Shown here piece by piece: positions 55,126 through 64,000 of a DNA stretch of 64,000 nt. The stretch lies in contig JAHBVV010000006.1 in NCBI GenBank assembly GCA_019637335.1, positions 6,235 to 70,234 of the forward strand. Direction: 5' to 3'. Positions within the stretch are counted from its first letter, which is position 1, and every line of letters begins with the position of its first letter. The translations under genes were made by a program, and so were the position numbers. The DNA comes from Candidatus Hydrogenedentota bacterium (GTDB lineage: Bacteria; Hydrogenedentota; Hydrogenedentia; Hydrogenedentales; JAEUWI01). The notes beneath the pieces were generated by a model that had not been told where the DNA came from, made no database searches, and was given only the letters and a program-made list of their open reading frames with translations.

Positions 55126-55836
55126 GGCTGGTGCTCTCCCTGATGATGAAATGAACGAAAATACGCTCCAGGGGCAGGCGCCACGCCGAACCCCACGGCG
55201 CATTCCGAATACCCCTATTAGGCCCCGTTTCCAGGTCTGTTGGCAAATACAACATCCACCCCCATCACCACCAAAGGATCGCGGGCATTCCCGCGACAGA
55301 AACCGCCCCGACTCACACAACACCGCCCCCCCTAATCCACCCCACCCGCGCCACGTGATGGCCCAACAAGGGACGTACCGCCGCACCGAAGCGACGCACA
55401 ACAAAGCGAACCCCGCGTCAAACCGATCCCCCCGGCCCAATGGTCAGCCGCCATAGCGCGGGGGTACGTCCCGGCCCGTGTCGCCCAGACCCCGCCGCGT
55501 CAACACAGGAGACCCGGCCATCGACGAAAACGAAACCCCAACCCACCCCAGCCAATACCACCCCACACGAGCGCTTCCATCCCTCCCCATCAACACCACC
55601 CGCCCCCACCTGGCTCCCCTCCTGCAAGCCCATGCGACTGGCCTTCTTACGCCGATCGGTGCTATGATAACGAACTTTGTCATGAGGCGAATTCGAGTTC
55701 GACGACGCGCACCGGCCGCGCGCCGAACGGGGTGATTGCTGGAACGGCCCGCAATGCCCGCCCAATACACCCATAAGCCATTTTGCAACAGTACGTTACC
55801 GAGCCGCCTGGCGTCGGCCAGCTTGTGAGATTCTGG

Positions 55837-57495
55837 ATGCCGCTGATTACCCAGGAGAAAACCGAAGCGTCCCGGCAAACGGGCGCCCACTGGGGCGGTG
55901 TGCCCGCGGATGCCCCCACGCTCCCCCTGGCCGCCCCCGAATTCACCGCGCTCCTTCAGGACACCGCGCGCCCTTTCGTCCTCGTGCGCCTGCCCGATGG
56001 CGCCCTGGCCGCCACTCGCTCCCTGCCGGATCCCGGTCTGAACGGTGACGCCCTGCCCGCCGTGGCCCTGGGCCTGCCCGTGCGCGCCGCGCAGCTGGGC
56101 GATCCAACCTTCCGTTACGACTACGGCGTGAAATTCGCCTACTACGGCGGCGCCATGGCCAACGGCATCGCCTCCGAAGAACTCGTGGAAGCCCTCGCGA
56201 ACGCCGGCCTCCTGGGCATCTTCGGGGCCGCCGGCCTCGCCCTGGATCGCGTCACGCAGGCCATCGATCGCCTCCAGACCACCCTCGGCGACCTCCCCTT
56301 CGGCTGCAATCTCATCCACAGCCCCAATGAGCAGGACCTCGAAGCCGCCGTAGTGCAACTTTACCTCGACAAAGGCGTCCGACTCGCCGAGGCTTCCGCC
56401 TTTCTCGACCTGACGCCCCACGTGGTCCGCTATCGCGTTCACGGCATCCACGAGGACGAAAACGGCGCCGTCGTAACGCCGAACCGTCTCATCGCGAAGG
56501 TCTCGCGCGTCGAAGTGGCGACCAAGTTCCTTTCTCCCCCGCCCTTCGCCATTTTGGAAAAGCTCGTGGCGGCGGGACACATCACGGGACGCCAGGCGCA
56601 ACTGGCCGCGCGCATTCCCATGTGCGACGATCTCACCGCGGAAGCGGATTCCGGCGGCCACACGGACAACCGCCCCGCAATCGCCCTGCTCCCCGCCATG
56701 ATCGCCCTGCGTGACCGCATCCAGGCGGAATATGCCTACGCCAAAGCACCGCGCGTCGGCCTGGCCGGCGGCATTTCCACCCCCCACGCCGCCGCCGCCG
56801 CATTCGCCATGGGCGCGGCCTTCGTGGTGACCGGCACCGTGAACCAGGCCTGCGTCGAAAGCGGCTCGTCCGACATCGTGCGCCAGATGCTCGCCGAAGC
56901 CGAACAGGCCGACACCGCCATGGCGCCCGCCGCCGACATGTTCGAAATGGGCGTCGAAGTGCAGGTCCTCAAGCGCGGGACAATGTTCAGCATGCGCGCC
57001 GCGAAACTCTACGAGCTCTACCGGCACCACAAGAGCATCGAAGAATTGCCCGTCGCCGAGCGCGATAAACTCGAGAAGCAGTATTTCCGCAAGAGCATCG
57101 CGGAGGAGTGGGCTTCGACAAAGGCGTTCTTCGCCGAACGCGATCCGAAGCAGTTGGTCCGCGCCGAACAGGACCCACGCCACAAGATGGCGCTCCTTTT
57201 CCGTTCCTATCTCGGCCAGGCTTCCATCTGGGCCAATCGCGGCGATGCCTCCCGCAAAATCGATTACCAGGTCTGGTGCGGCCCCGCCATGGGCGCGTTT
57301 AACGAGTGGGTGCGCGGCTCCTTTCTTGAAGACCCGAAACGCCGCGAAGTCGCCACGGTTGTGCTGAATATTCTCCACGGCGCGGCGGTAGTCCAGCGAT
57401 ACACCAGCCTCACGAGCCAGGGCGTGCCCCTCCCAAGCGTATGCGGGCAATACCGGCCCCTGGACCGTTCCCAACTGGAGGAAGTAGTACAGTGA
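55837..57495 (+). CDS. pfaD: PfaD-family enoyl reductase (nitronate-monooxygenase-like TIM barrel) of a PUFA/secondary-lipid synthase
   Basis: FRYDYGVKFAYYGGAMANGIASEELVEALANAGLLGIFGAAGL...CNLIHSPNEQDLE...LTAEADSGGHTD are present. The start is uncertain: ATG 55837 is preferred over the track's TTG at 55783. Confidence 0.85.
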   Translation: MPLITQEKTEASRQTGAHWGGVPADAPTLPLAAPEFTALLQDTARPFVLVRLPDGALAATRSLPDPGLNGDALPAVALGLPVRAAQLGDPTFRYDYGVKFAYYGGAMANGIASEELVEALANAGLLGIFGAAGLALDRVTQAIDRLQTTLGDLPFGCNLIHSPNEQDLEAAVVQLYLDKGVRLAEASAFLDLTPHVVRYRVHGIHEDENGAVVTPNRLIAKVSRVEVATKFLSPPPFAILEKLVAAGHITGRQAQLAARIPMCDDLTAEADSGGHTDNRPAIALLPAMIALRDRIQAEYAYAKAPRVGLAGGISTPHAAAAAFAMGAAFVVTGTVNQACVESGSSDIVRQMLAEAEQADTAMAPAADMFEMGVEVQVLKRGTMFSMRAAKLYELYRHHKSIEELPVAERDKLEKQYFRKSIAEEWASTKAFFAERDPKQLVRAEQDPRHKMALLFRSYLGQASIWANRGDASRKIDYQVWCGPAMGAFNEWVRGSFLEDPKRREVATVVLNILHGAAVVQRYTSLTSQGVPLPSVCGQYRPLDRSQLEEVVQ

Positions 57496-60400
57496 CAACC
57501 CGTCCAAATTCCCCCGCCCCCGCGGATATCGCGATCGTGGGCCTGGGCTGCCTCTTCCCAAGGGCCAACCACCTGGGCGCCTTCTGGGCGAACATCAAGC
57601 ACGGTGTGGACGCCATTATCGAAACCCCCGAGACGCACTGGCGGCCCGAAGACTACTACGACGCCGACCCCAAACGCCCCGACTTCACCTATGGCAGGCG
57701 CGGCGGCTTCCTGGAGCCCATCGACTTCAATCCGCTCGACTACGGCATGCCCCCCAACACGCTGGAAGCCACCGACACCGCGCAGCTCCTGGGCATGGTG
57801 GCCGCCGAGCGCGCCCTCCAGGATGCGGGCTATGGCAAGGACCTCGACTTCGATCGCGACCGCGTCAGCGTCGTACTCGGCGTCACGGGCGCCCTCGAAC
57901 TGGTCATTCCCCTCGGCGCGCGCCTGGGTCACCCGAAGTGGCGCGAGGCCATGACCGATGCCGGCCTCGACCGAGAAACAATAGAAGATGTCCTCGGCCG
58001 CATGGCGGATCAGTACGTCCCCTGGCAGGAAGCCTCGTTCCCCGGTCTTCTGGGCAACGTGGTCGCCGGCCGCATCACCAAGCACCTCAACCTCGGCGGC
58101 ACGAACTGCGTCGTGGACGCCGCGTGCGCCAGCTCCCTGAGCGCGGTCCACCTCGCGATGCTGGAGCTCCAATCCGGCAAGAGCGATGTCGTCCTCTCGG
58201 GCGGCGTGGACACCTTCAACGACATCTTCATGTTCATGTGCTTCAGCAAGACGCCCGCCCTTTCGCCCACGGGCGACGCAAAGCCCTTCGACGCGAATGG
58301 CGATGGCACCATCCTCGGCGAAGGACTCGGCATGGTGGTGTTGAAGCGCCTGGCCGACGCCGAGCGCGACAACGACCGCATCTACGCCGTCATCAAGGGC
58401 ATTGGCGCCTCCAGCGACGGCAAGGGCGACGCCATCTACGCCCCGAGCGCGCCCGGCCAGGTGAAAGCCCTCCGGCGCGCCTACGAACAGGCCCAGATCG
58501 ACCCGCACACCATCGAACTGGTCGAGGCGCACGGCACCGGAACCGCCAAGGGCGACGCGGTCGAGATCAGCGCGCTCTCCCAGGTCTACGGCGCCTCCGA
58601 AACCGGCCCCTGGTGCGCCATCGGCTCCGTGAAGTCGCAAATCGGCCACACCAAGGCCGCCGCGGGTTCCGCCGCCCTGATCAAAGCCACCCTGGCGCTC
58701 TACAACAAGGTGCTCCCCCCCACCATCAAGGTGAAGCAACCCCTGGCGCCCCTCCGCGAAGCCCAGACGCCGTTCTACGTCAACACCACCCTGCGTCCCT
58801 GGCTCCCGCGCGAGGCGCACCCCCGCCGGGCGGCACTCAGCGCCCTCGGCTTCGGCGGCAGCAACTTCCACTGCGTCCTCGAAGAGCACGGCGCGGAAAA
58901 GCCGGCCCCCGACTGGGATGGGACCGTGGAATTGCTCGCGTTTTCCGGCGCCGGCGCGGACGATCTCTCCCGCGCGCTGGACGCCTTCCCCGCGAACGGG
59001 TCCTGGGCCGAGGCGCAGCTCGCCGCACGTCAGCTTCGCGCGGATTTCGACGCCGCCGCGCCGTGCCGCTTGCTCATCGTTGCGCAGCAACACGAAACGG
59101 ATCTCGGGAAGCTCATCGCGCAGGCGAAGTCCACCCTCGCAAGCAAGGGAACCAGCGCCGCCTGGACCCTCCCGACCGGCATATTTTTTGGTTACGGCGC
59201 CGCCCCCGGTAAGCTGGCCTTCGTCTTTCCCGGCCAGGGCACGCAATACACCGGCATGCTCCGCGATCTCGCGTGCCAGTTTCCGGAATTCCTCGATGTG
59301 CTCGCGCGCGCCAATGCCGTCTACGGCGGCGAAACTGCGCGCCTGAGCGACCGCATCTACCCCGTGCCCGCGTTCTCGCCGGAGGACGAGGCGGAGCAGA
59401 TGAAGGCCCTCACGGCCACCGCGGTCGCCCCGTCCGCCATCGGAACCGTCAGCGCGGGCGCCCTGCGTGTCGTGGAGCGCTTCGGTATCGCGCCCGACGC
59501 CATCGCCGGACACAGCTACGGCGAGATCGTGGGCCTCCTCGCTTCGGGCAAGGTCGATGAGGACGCCTTTCACCGACTCTCCAAACTGCGCGGCGCCCTC
59601 ATGGGCCAGGGCGAGGGCGACAAGGGCGCCATGATGGCCGTCCGCGCGCTCGAGGCCGACGCCGAGGCTATCATCCGCGAGGAAAACCTCGACGACGTTA
59701 TCATCGCCAACAAGAACGCCCCGGAGCAGATGGTGCTGGCGGGCGGTACGGAAGCCATCGCCCGCGCGGACAAAGCCTTCGCCGCGCGCGGCGTTCAGAC
59801 CAAGATTCTCCCCGTCGCCGCGGCCTTCCATAGCCGCTTTGTGTCCCACGTCCGCGACCCCTTCCTGGACGCGCTGCGCAAGATGGATCTACGCGAAGGT
59901 GACGTCACCCTCTATTCCAACACCCTCGCCGCGCCCTATCCGGCGGATCGTGAGGCGGCGGAAGTCCTGATCGCCGAGCAACTGGCGAAGCCGGTGGCCT
60001 TCGTGGATCAGATCCGCCGCATGCGTGACGACGGCGTGCATACCTTCTTCGAGATCGGGCCGGGGTCGCGAATGTCGGGCCTGATCGGCGCCATCCTCGA
60101 CGATACGCCCCACCGCGCCGTGGCCGTGGACAGTTCCGGTGGCAAGCGCGACGGCGTTGCCGACCTGGCGCGCGCCCTTGCGGAGCTCGCCGCCCTGGGC
60201 CACCGCGTGGACCTGGCGGCCTGGAACGACGGTTGCCGGATCGATCCGGCCGCGCTGCGCCCCAAAGCCAAACTCAGCGTGCCCCTCTGCGGCGCCAACC
60301 ATGTCACCCCGCGCGCAAAAAAACCAAAGGCCGCGCCGCGCCCCGCCGTGCAGGCGGCGGCCCACGCCCAGCCCTCGGACAACCCCATGCCTTCAAGTAC

Positions 60401-63400
60401 CGCATCCCAAACACCGCCGACACCGGCCCCGCAGAGCGTTGCGCCCGCCGCGTCGTCCCACCCCATGGAACAGCACCTGATCGCCCTGCAGCGCATGCAG
60501 CAGCAGACCGCCGAACTGCACCGCCAGTTCCTGGAGGGCCAGCAGGCCGCCATGGAGACCTTCCGCGCGCTCCTGCTTGGCCACACGCCGGACGCCGCAA
60601 GCCCCGCGCAGCCGGCCAGGACCACGCCCGCGCCAGCCGTGCCGGTGGCGCCCCCGTCACCCGTCGCATCCACCGTTCCGGCCTCGGTCCCCTCCCACGC
60701 GCCCGAAGCGCCATCCGCCCAGTCGATTCCGTCCGCCGCCCCCGTGGTCGCGGATACAAGCCGCATTGAGGCCGCCCTGCTCGCCACGATCGCGGAAAAA
60801 ACCGGCTACCCCGCCGACATGCTGGAACTCACCATGTCCCTCGACGCGGACCTGGGCATCGACTCCATCAAGCGCGTGGAAATCCTCTCCGCCCTGAAGG
60901 AACGCCTCCCCGAGGCCCCCGAATTCGGTCCCGACCAGTTAGGCCAGTTCCACAGCCTCGGCGACATCGTTTCCTACATCGGCGCGAACACGTCTTCCGC
61001 TTCCGCGCTCTCCCAGGCATCGAACGCGACCGCGGCCGACAGCAGCCACATCGAGGCCGCCCTGCTCGCCACCATCGCGGAGAAGACCGGCTATCCCGCC
61101 GACATGCTCGAACTCTCGATGGCCCTTGACGCGGACCTCGGCATCGATTCCATCAAACGCGTCGAAATCCTCTCCGCCCTGAAGGAACGCCTCCCCGAGG
61201 CCCCCGAGTTTGGTCCCGACCAGCTCGGCCAGTTCCACAGCCTCGGCGACATTGTGGCCTACATCGGCGCGAACACCGCGTCGGCAACAGCGCCACCGGC
61301 CCCGTCCGATCTTCGCCCCGCGCCCGCCGGGGCCGACACCAGCCAGATCGAAACGGCTCTGCTGCAAGTGATCGACGAGAAGACCGGCTACCCTTCCGAC
61401 ATGCTCGAACTCTCGATGTCCCTCGACGCGGACCTCGGCATCGATTCTATCAAGCGCGTGGAAATCCTCTCCGCCCTGAAGGAGAAACTCCCGATCACCC
61501 CGGAATTCGGCCCCGATCAACTCGGCCAGTTCCACACCCTCGGCGACATCGTGGCCTACATCGCCGCCAGCGCACCGTCCGCACCCGCGTCCGCTTCGAT
61601 GGCCCCGTCCGCGCCGGCACCTGACAACGGCCAGGTAGAAGCCGCGCTCCTCGCCACCATCGCGGAGAAGACTGGCTACCCGGCCGACATGCTCGAACTC
61701 ACCATGGCGCTCGACGCCGACCTCGGCATCGACTCCATCAAGCGCGTGGAGATCCTCTCCGCATTGCGGGAGAAACTCCCGAACATCCCGGAATTCGGAC
61801 CCGACCAACTCGGCCAGTTCCAGACCCTCGGCGATATTGTGGCCTACATCGGCACGGGCGCCAGCGCGCCAGCCGCTCCGTCCGCGTCCCAGGAACTTCC
61901 GTCGGCGCCAGCCGCCGCCCCGGCGGGCGACCCGCTCTCCGTTGCCGCCCTCGAAGCTTTCGACTTCGAACTGGGCGCGCCTGCATCCCTGCCCGCGAAC
62001 GGGACCGTCCTGCTGGTGGCCTCGGGGGATCCGCTCGACGCCACCCTGGCCGACGCCCTGCATGCCCGGGGTTTCACCACCCACACCGTACCCTGGGACA
62101 GCGATCCCGCCTCCGCCGGCGTCAACACCCCCGTGGGACTCGTGCTCGTCGCCCCGGCGGGCCCCTGTCCCGAGGGCTATGTCCCCCGGGCCTTCGACTG
62201 GATTCAGGCGATCGGCGCGCACATGCAGCGGGCCGAAAACGCGTTCCTCGCCACGGTCACCCAGATCGACGGCGCCTTCGGTCTGAACCAGGCCGGTGAG
62301 AACGCCGAATCCGGCGCGCTCGCGGGGCTCCTCAAGACCGCCGCGCAGGAATGGCCCAGCCTCCACGGCCGCGCGCTCGACATCGCCGCCGGAACCGCGC
62401 CGGAACGCCTCGTCGAAGCGATGCTCGCCGAAGGGCCGGTCGAAATCGGCGTCTCCCCGGACCGCTTCTGCACCCTGCGCCTCCAGCCGCTGGACGTACC
62501 GACCGCCGAAACAGACCCCGTCCAGCTGGGCGAGGTCGTCGTGATCAGCGGCGGCGCGCGCGGCGTGACGGCCGACGTCGCGCTCGCAATGGCGCGGGCC
62601 TGGAAACCCACCCTCGTGCTCCTGGGCCGAAGCGACGCCCCCGCCCCGGAGGAGGCCTGGCTCCAGCCGCTGCAATCCGAACAGGAAATCCAGCAGGCCC
62701 TCATTCAACAGGCCGGCGGCGCCCTGAAACCGAAGGAATTGCGCGATCGCCTGAACGCGATTCTCCGTAACCGCGCCGCGCTCCGCAATATCGAAGCCAT
62801 GGAGGCCGCCGGAGCCGCCGTGGAGTACTTCGCCGCCGATATCCGCGATCGCGACGCCATCGTGGATCTGCTGGACGAAGTCCGCGGCGAGTACGGCCCG
62901 ATTCGCGGCATTGTCCACGGCGCCGGCGTACTGGCGGACCGCCTCATCGCCGACAAGACCCCGGAACAGTTTGATCGCGTCTACGGGACAAAGGTCGACG
63001 GCCTGCGCGCCCTTCTGGCCGGGGCCGCTTCGGATGACCTGCGCTTCATCGTCTGCTTCTCCTCCTCCACGGGGCGATTCGGGCGAAAGGGCCAGGTTGA
63101 CTACGCCGCGGCCAACGAGGCCCTCAACAAGTGCGCCCGCCGCGAGGCCCAGGCCCGCCCGGACTGCCGCGTCCTGTCCGTCAATTGGGGACCCTGGGCC
63201 GGCGGCATGGTCACCGACGATCTCGCCCGGCTTTTCAAGGCCGAGGGCGTCGGTCTCATTGGCCTGGAGGATGGCGCGCGTTACCTGGTCGACGAATTGC
63301 GCCAGCCCGCGCCGCGTCCGGTCGAGGTGGTGGTGATGGGCGGCGCCATCCCCGAGTTTAACGAAATACCGAAACCCGCCGCGCCAGCCCGCAAGACCGC

Positions 63401-64000
63401 CGCGCCCGCCGCGAAACCCGCCATCGAGGTCGACCTGAGCGTGGAAGCCTTTCCCTTTCTGCGCTCGCACGTCCTGAGCAACAAGGCCGTGCTCCCCGTT
63501 GCCATGATCACGGAATGGTTCGCCCATACCGCGCTCCACGCCCACCCCGGCCTCCGATTCCACGGTTTCGACAGCCTGCGCGTCTTCAAGGGCGTCACCC
63601 TCGACGCGAACGAACGCGTGCGTCTCGCCCTCTGCACGGGCGACATGCTCCGCACCCCGGACGGCTACGCGGTCCCGGTGGAGCTTCGGAGCAATCCGAG
63701 CGGCGACAAGGAAATCCTGCACGCCGCCGCGGAAATCCACCTGGCGGACGCCCTCCCCTCGGCGGAGGCCCGCATCAAGCCGGCGAATCTCCGGAAGAAG
63801 GCCTACAACAACGGTGGCCTCTACGAGGGAGGCCACCTCTTCCACGGACCGGCCTTCCAGGGGCTCCACGCGGTCGACGGCGCCGCCAACGACATCATCG
63901 CGGCCCTCGTGGGCCGCGCCCCGGCCCCGAAAGAGTGGATTGTCAGCCCGCTGCGCAACACCTGGCTCGCCGACCCCCTCATTCTCGACAGCAGCTTCCA
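57492..64000 (+). CDS. pfaA: PfaA-type multidomain synthase: KS - MAT - 4x ACP - KR - DH(partial), 3'-partial (runs off window end)
   Basis: This ORF is not in the ORF track. The frame is open from the GTG at 57492, which overlaps the pfaD TGA, to nt 64000. Hand translation gives VTTRPNSPAPADIAIVGLGCLFP, VVDAACASSLSAV (Cys codon 58125), VEAHGTGT and GSVKSQIGHTKAAAG. It also gives IAGHSYGEIVG (Ser codon 59514), four LGIDSIKRVEILSAL repeats, VVISGGARGVTADVA, and FPFLRSHVLSNKAVLPVAM. Confidence 0.9.
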   Translation, partial: MTTRPNSPAPADIAIVGLGCLFPRANHLGAFWANIKHGVDAIIETPETHWRPEDYYDADPKRPDFTYGRRGGFLEPIDFNPLDYGMPPNTLEATDTAQLLGMVAAERALQDAGYGKDLDFDRDRVSVVLGVTGALELVIPLGARLGHPKWREAMTDAGLDRETIEDVLGRMADQYVPWQEASFPGLLGNVVAGRITKHLNLGGTNCVVDAACASSLSAVHLAMLELQSGKSDVVLSGGVDTFNDIFMFMCFSKTPALSPTGDAKPFDANGDGTILGEGLGMVVLKRLADAERDNDRIYAVIKGIGASSDGKGDAIYAPSAPGQVKALRRAYEQAQIDPHTIELVEAHGTGTAKGDAVEISALSQVYGASETGPWCAIGSVKSQIGHTKAAAGSAALIKATLALYNKVLPPTIKVKQPLAPLREAQTPFYVNTTLRPWLPREAHPRRAALSALGFGGSNFHCVLEEHGAEKPAPDWDGTVELLAFSGAGADDLSRALDAFPANGSWAEAQLAARQLRADFDAAAPCRLLIVAQQHETDLGKLIAQAKSTLASKGTSAAWTLPTGIFFGYGAAPGKLAFVFPGQGTQYTGMLRDLACQFPEFLDVLARANAVYGGETARLSDRIYPVPAFSPEDEAEQMKALTATAVAPSAIGTVSAGALRVVERFGIAPDAIAGHSYGEIVGLLASGKVDEDAFHRLSKLRGALMGQGEGDKGAMMAVRALEADAEAIIREENLDDVIIANKNAPEQMVLAGGTEAIARADKAFAARGVQTKILPVAAAFHSRFVSHVRDPFLDALRKMDLREGDVTLYSNTLAAPYPADREAAEVLIAEQLAKPVAFVDQIRRMRDDGVHTFFEIGPGSRMSGLIGAILDDTPHRAVAVDSSGGKRDGVADLARALAELAALGHRVDLAAWNDGCRIDPAALRPKAKLSVPLCGANHVTPRAKKPKAAPRPAVQAAAHAQPSDNPMPSSTASQTPPTPAPQSVAPAASSHPMEQHLIALQRMQQQTAELHRQFLEGQQAAMETFRALLLGHTPDAASPAQPARTTPAPAVPVAPPSPVASTVPASVPSHAPEAPSAQSIPSAAPVVADTSRIEAALLATIAEKTGYPADMLELTMSLDADLGIDSIKRVEILSALKERLPEAPEFGPDQLGQFHSLGDIVSYIGANTSSASALSQASNATAADSSHIEAALLATIAEKTGYPADMLELSMALDADLGIDSIKRVEILSALKERLPEAPEFGPDQLGQFHSLGDIVAYIGANTASATAPPAPSDLRPAPAGADTSQIETALLQVIDEKTGYPSDMLELSMSLDADLGIDSIKRVEILSALKEKLPITPEFGPDQLGQFHTLGDIVAYIAASAPSAPASASMAPSAPAPDNGQVEAALLATIAEKTGYPADMLELTMALDADLGIDSIKRVEILSALREKLPNIPEFGPDQLGQFQTLGDIVAYIGTGASAPAAPSASQELPSAPAAAPAGDPLSVAALEAFDFELGAPASLPANGTVLLVASGDPLDATLADALHARGFTTHTVPWDSDPASAGVNTPVGLVLVAPAGPCPEGYVPRAFDWIQAIGAHMQRAENAFLATVTQIDGAFGLNQAGENAESGALAGLLKTAAQEWPSLHGRALDIAAGTAPERLVEAMLAEGPVEIGVSPDRFCTLRLQPLDVPTAETDPVQLGEVVVISGGARGVTADVALAMARAWKPTLVLLGRSDAPAPEEAWLQPLQSEQEIQQALIQQAGGALKPKELRDRLNAILRNRAALRNIEAMEAAGAAVEYFAADIRDRDAIVDLLDEVRGEYGPIRGIVHGAGVLADRLIADKTPEQFDRVYGTKVDGLRALLAGAASDDLRFIVCFSSSTGRFGRKGQVDYAAANEALNKCARREAQARPDCRVLSVNWGPWAGGMVTDDLARLFKAEGVGLIGLEDGARYLVDELRQPAPRPVEVVVMGGAIPEFNEIPKPAAPARKTAAPAAKPAIEVDLSVEAFPFLRSHVLSNKAVLPVAMITEWFAHTALHAHPGLRFHGFDSLRVFKGVTLDANERVRLALCTGDMLRTPDGYAVPVELRSNPSGDKEILHAAAEIHLADALPSAEARIKPANLRKKAYNNGGLYEGGHLFHGPAFQGLHAVDGAANDIIAALVGRAPAPKEWIVSPLRNTWLADPLILDSSF
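60765..61853 (+). repeat. Four tandem in-frame ACP-coding repeats (units start 60765, 61050, 61347, 61635; 285-297 bp)
   Basis: Near-identical DNA blocks recur, e.g. ggctaccc.gccgacatgctcgaactc...ctcggcatcgattccatcaa.cgcgt.gaaatcctctccgccctgaag. Ala/Pro/Ser-rich linkers separate them. Confidence 0.9.

Noticed and set aside
53050-55143. 697-aa + strand ORF
   Set aside because: It is antisense to the NYN-LOTUS gene and the TAT oxidoreductase, and it has Arg/His/Pro-rich composition.
55418-55774. Small ORFs inside the C-rich tract (55440-55667 and 55478-55735 on +; 55418-55774 on -)
   Set aside because: The peptides are low-complexity Pro/Thr/His-rich or Gly/Arg-rich, with no RBS or family signal. 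The composition follows from the strand skew.
55444-57561. 705-aa minus-strand ORF
   Set aside because: It is antisense to pfaD, which carries the PfaD signature YYGGAMANGIASEELV.
60765-61853. Regularly spaced repeats that could be mistaken for a CRISPR array (likewise the 151-bp-period repeats at 44179-44411)
   Set aside because: The units are 285-297 bp, in frame, and encode ACP domains. The 44-kb repeats have only two copies and are 83 bp long. No short repeat/spacer structure or cas genes occur anywhere in the window.
57264-63869. 861-aa (57264-59849) and 976-aa (60939-63869) minus-strand ORFs
   Set aside because: Both are antisense to the open pfaA frame. They are Gly/Arg/Ala-rich and low-complexity, while the + frame yields complete KS/AT/ACP/KR motifs.

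Overview
This is a high-G+C (about 65% in sampled lines) chromosomal segment. All calls come from reading the sequence and the ORF track; no searches were run, and family names rest on motifs I recognise. Four features suggest a PVC-superphylum-like or related candidate-phylum bacterium (inference): a PSCyt/DUF1553 + DUF1501 gene pair, four Gfo/Idh/MocA oxidoreductases (three with twin-arginine signals), an FGE-sulfatase-domain protein and a prepilin-type protein.

Gene content in order:
- a glycan-degradation locus of two glycoside hydrolases, two TAT-exported oxidoreductases and an FGE-like protein (1-8865)
- an orphan hicB
- a tightly overlapping trpDCFBA operon, preceded on the same strand by mgtE and a catalytically dead RecQ-like gene
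- rpsT
- two tandem giant secreted CarboxypepD_reg-repeat proteins whose thioredoxin-like domains have no cysteines
- an HDOD / pseudo-receiver-GGDDF c-di-GMP operon
- a PLP-centred cassette (CGS-like, OPA-family MFS, RmlD-like, DegT, RidA)
- a pilin-like gene with a sigma54-type promoter architecture
- a cytoplasmic oxidoreductase + TIM-barrel pair
- PSCyt/DUF1553 and DUF1501
- an SDR
- a lower-GC 2.7-kb toxin-antitoxin islet bounded by a duplicated ispG 3' end
- ispG
- a PQQ-like propeller with two hypotheticals
- an Fe-S/pterin operon
- tRNA-Ser(GCT)
- FapA/DUF342 and an NYN-LOTUS protein
- a PUFA-synthase-type locus (pfaD + pfaA). Its >6.5-kb ORF runs off the window end and is missing from the supplied ORF track.

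The most notable non-genic signals are:
- a 209-nt multi-hairpin element bounded by a perfect 15-bp inverted repeat; it contains the Neisseria DUS 10-mer and a dRS3-pattern palindrome
- two 83-bp hairpin-bearing repeats in the ispG divergent intergenic region
- a 10-bp-phased repeat array
- a long C-rich/G-poor leader ahead of pfaD

No CRISPR array, rRNA, transposase or integrase was recognised. Many long ORFs in the track are antisense shadows typical of high-GC DNA and were rejected.
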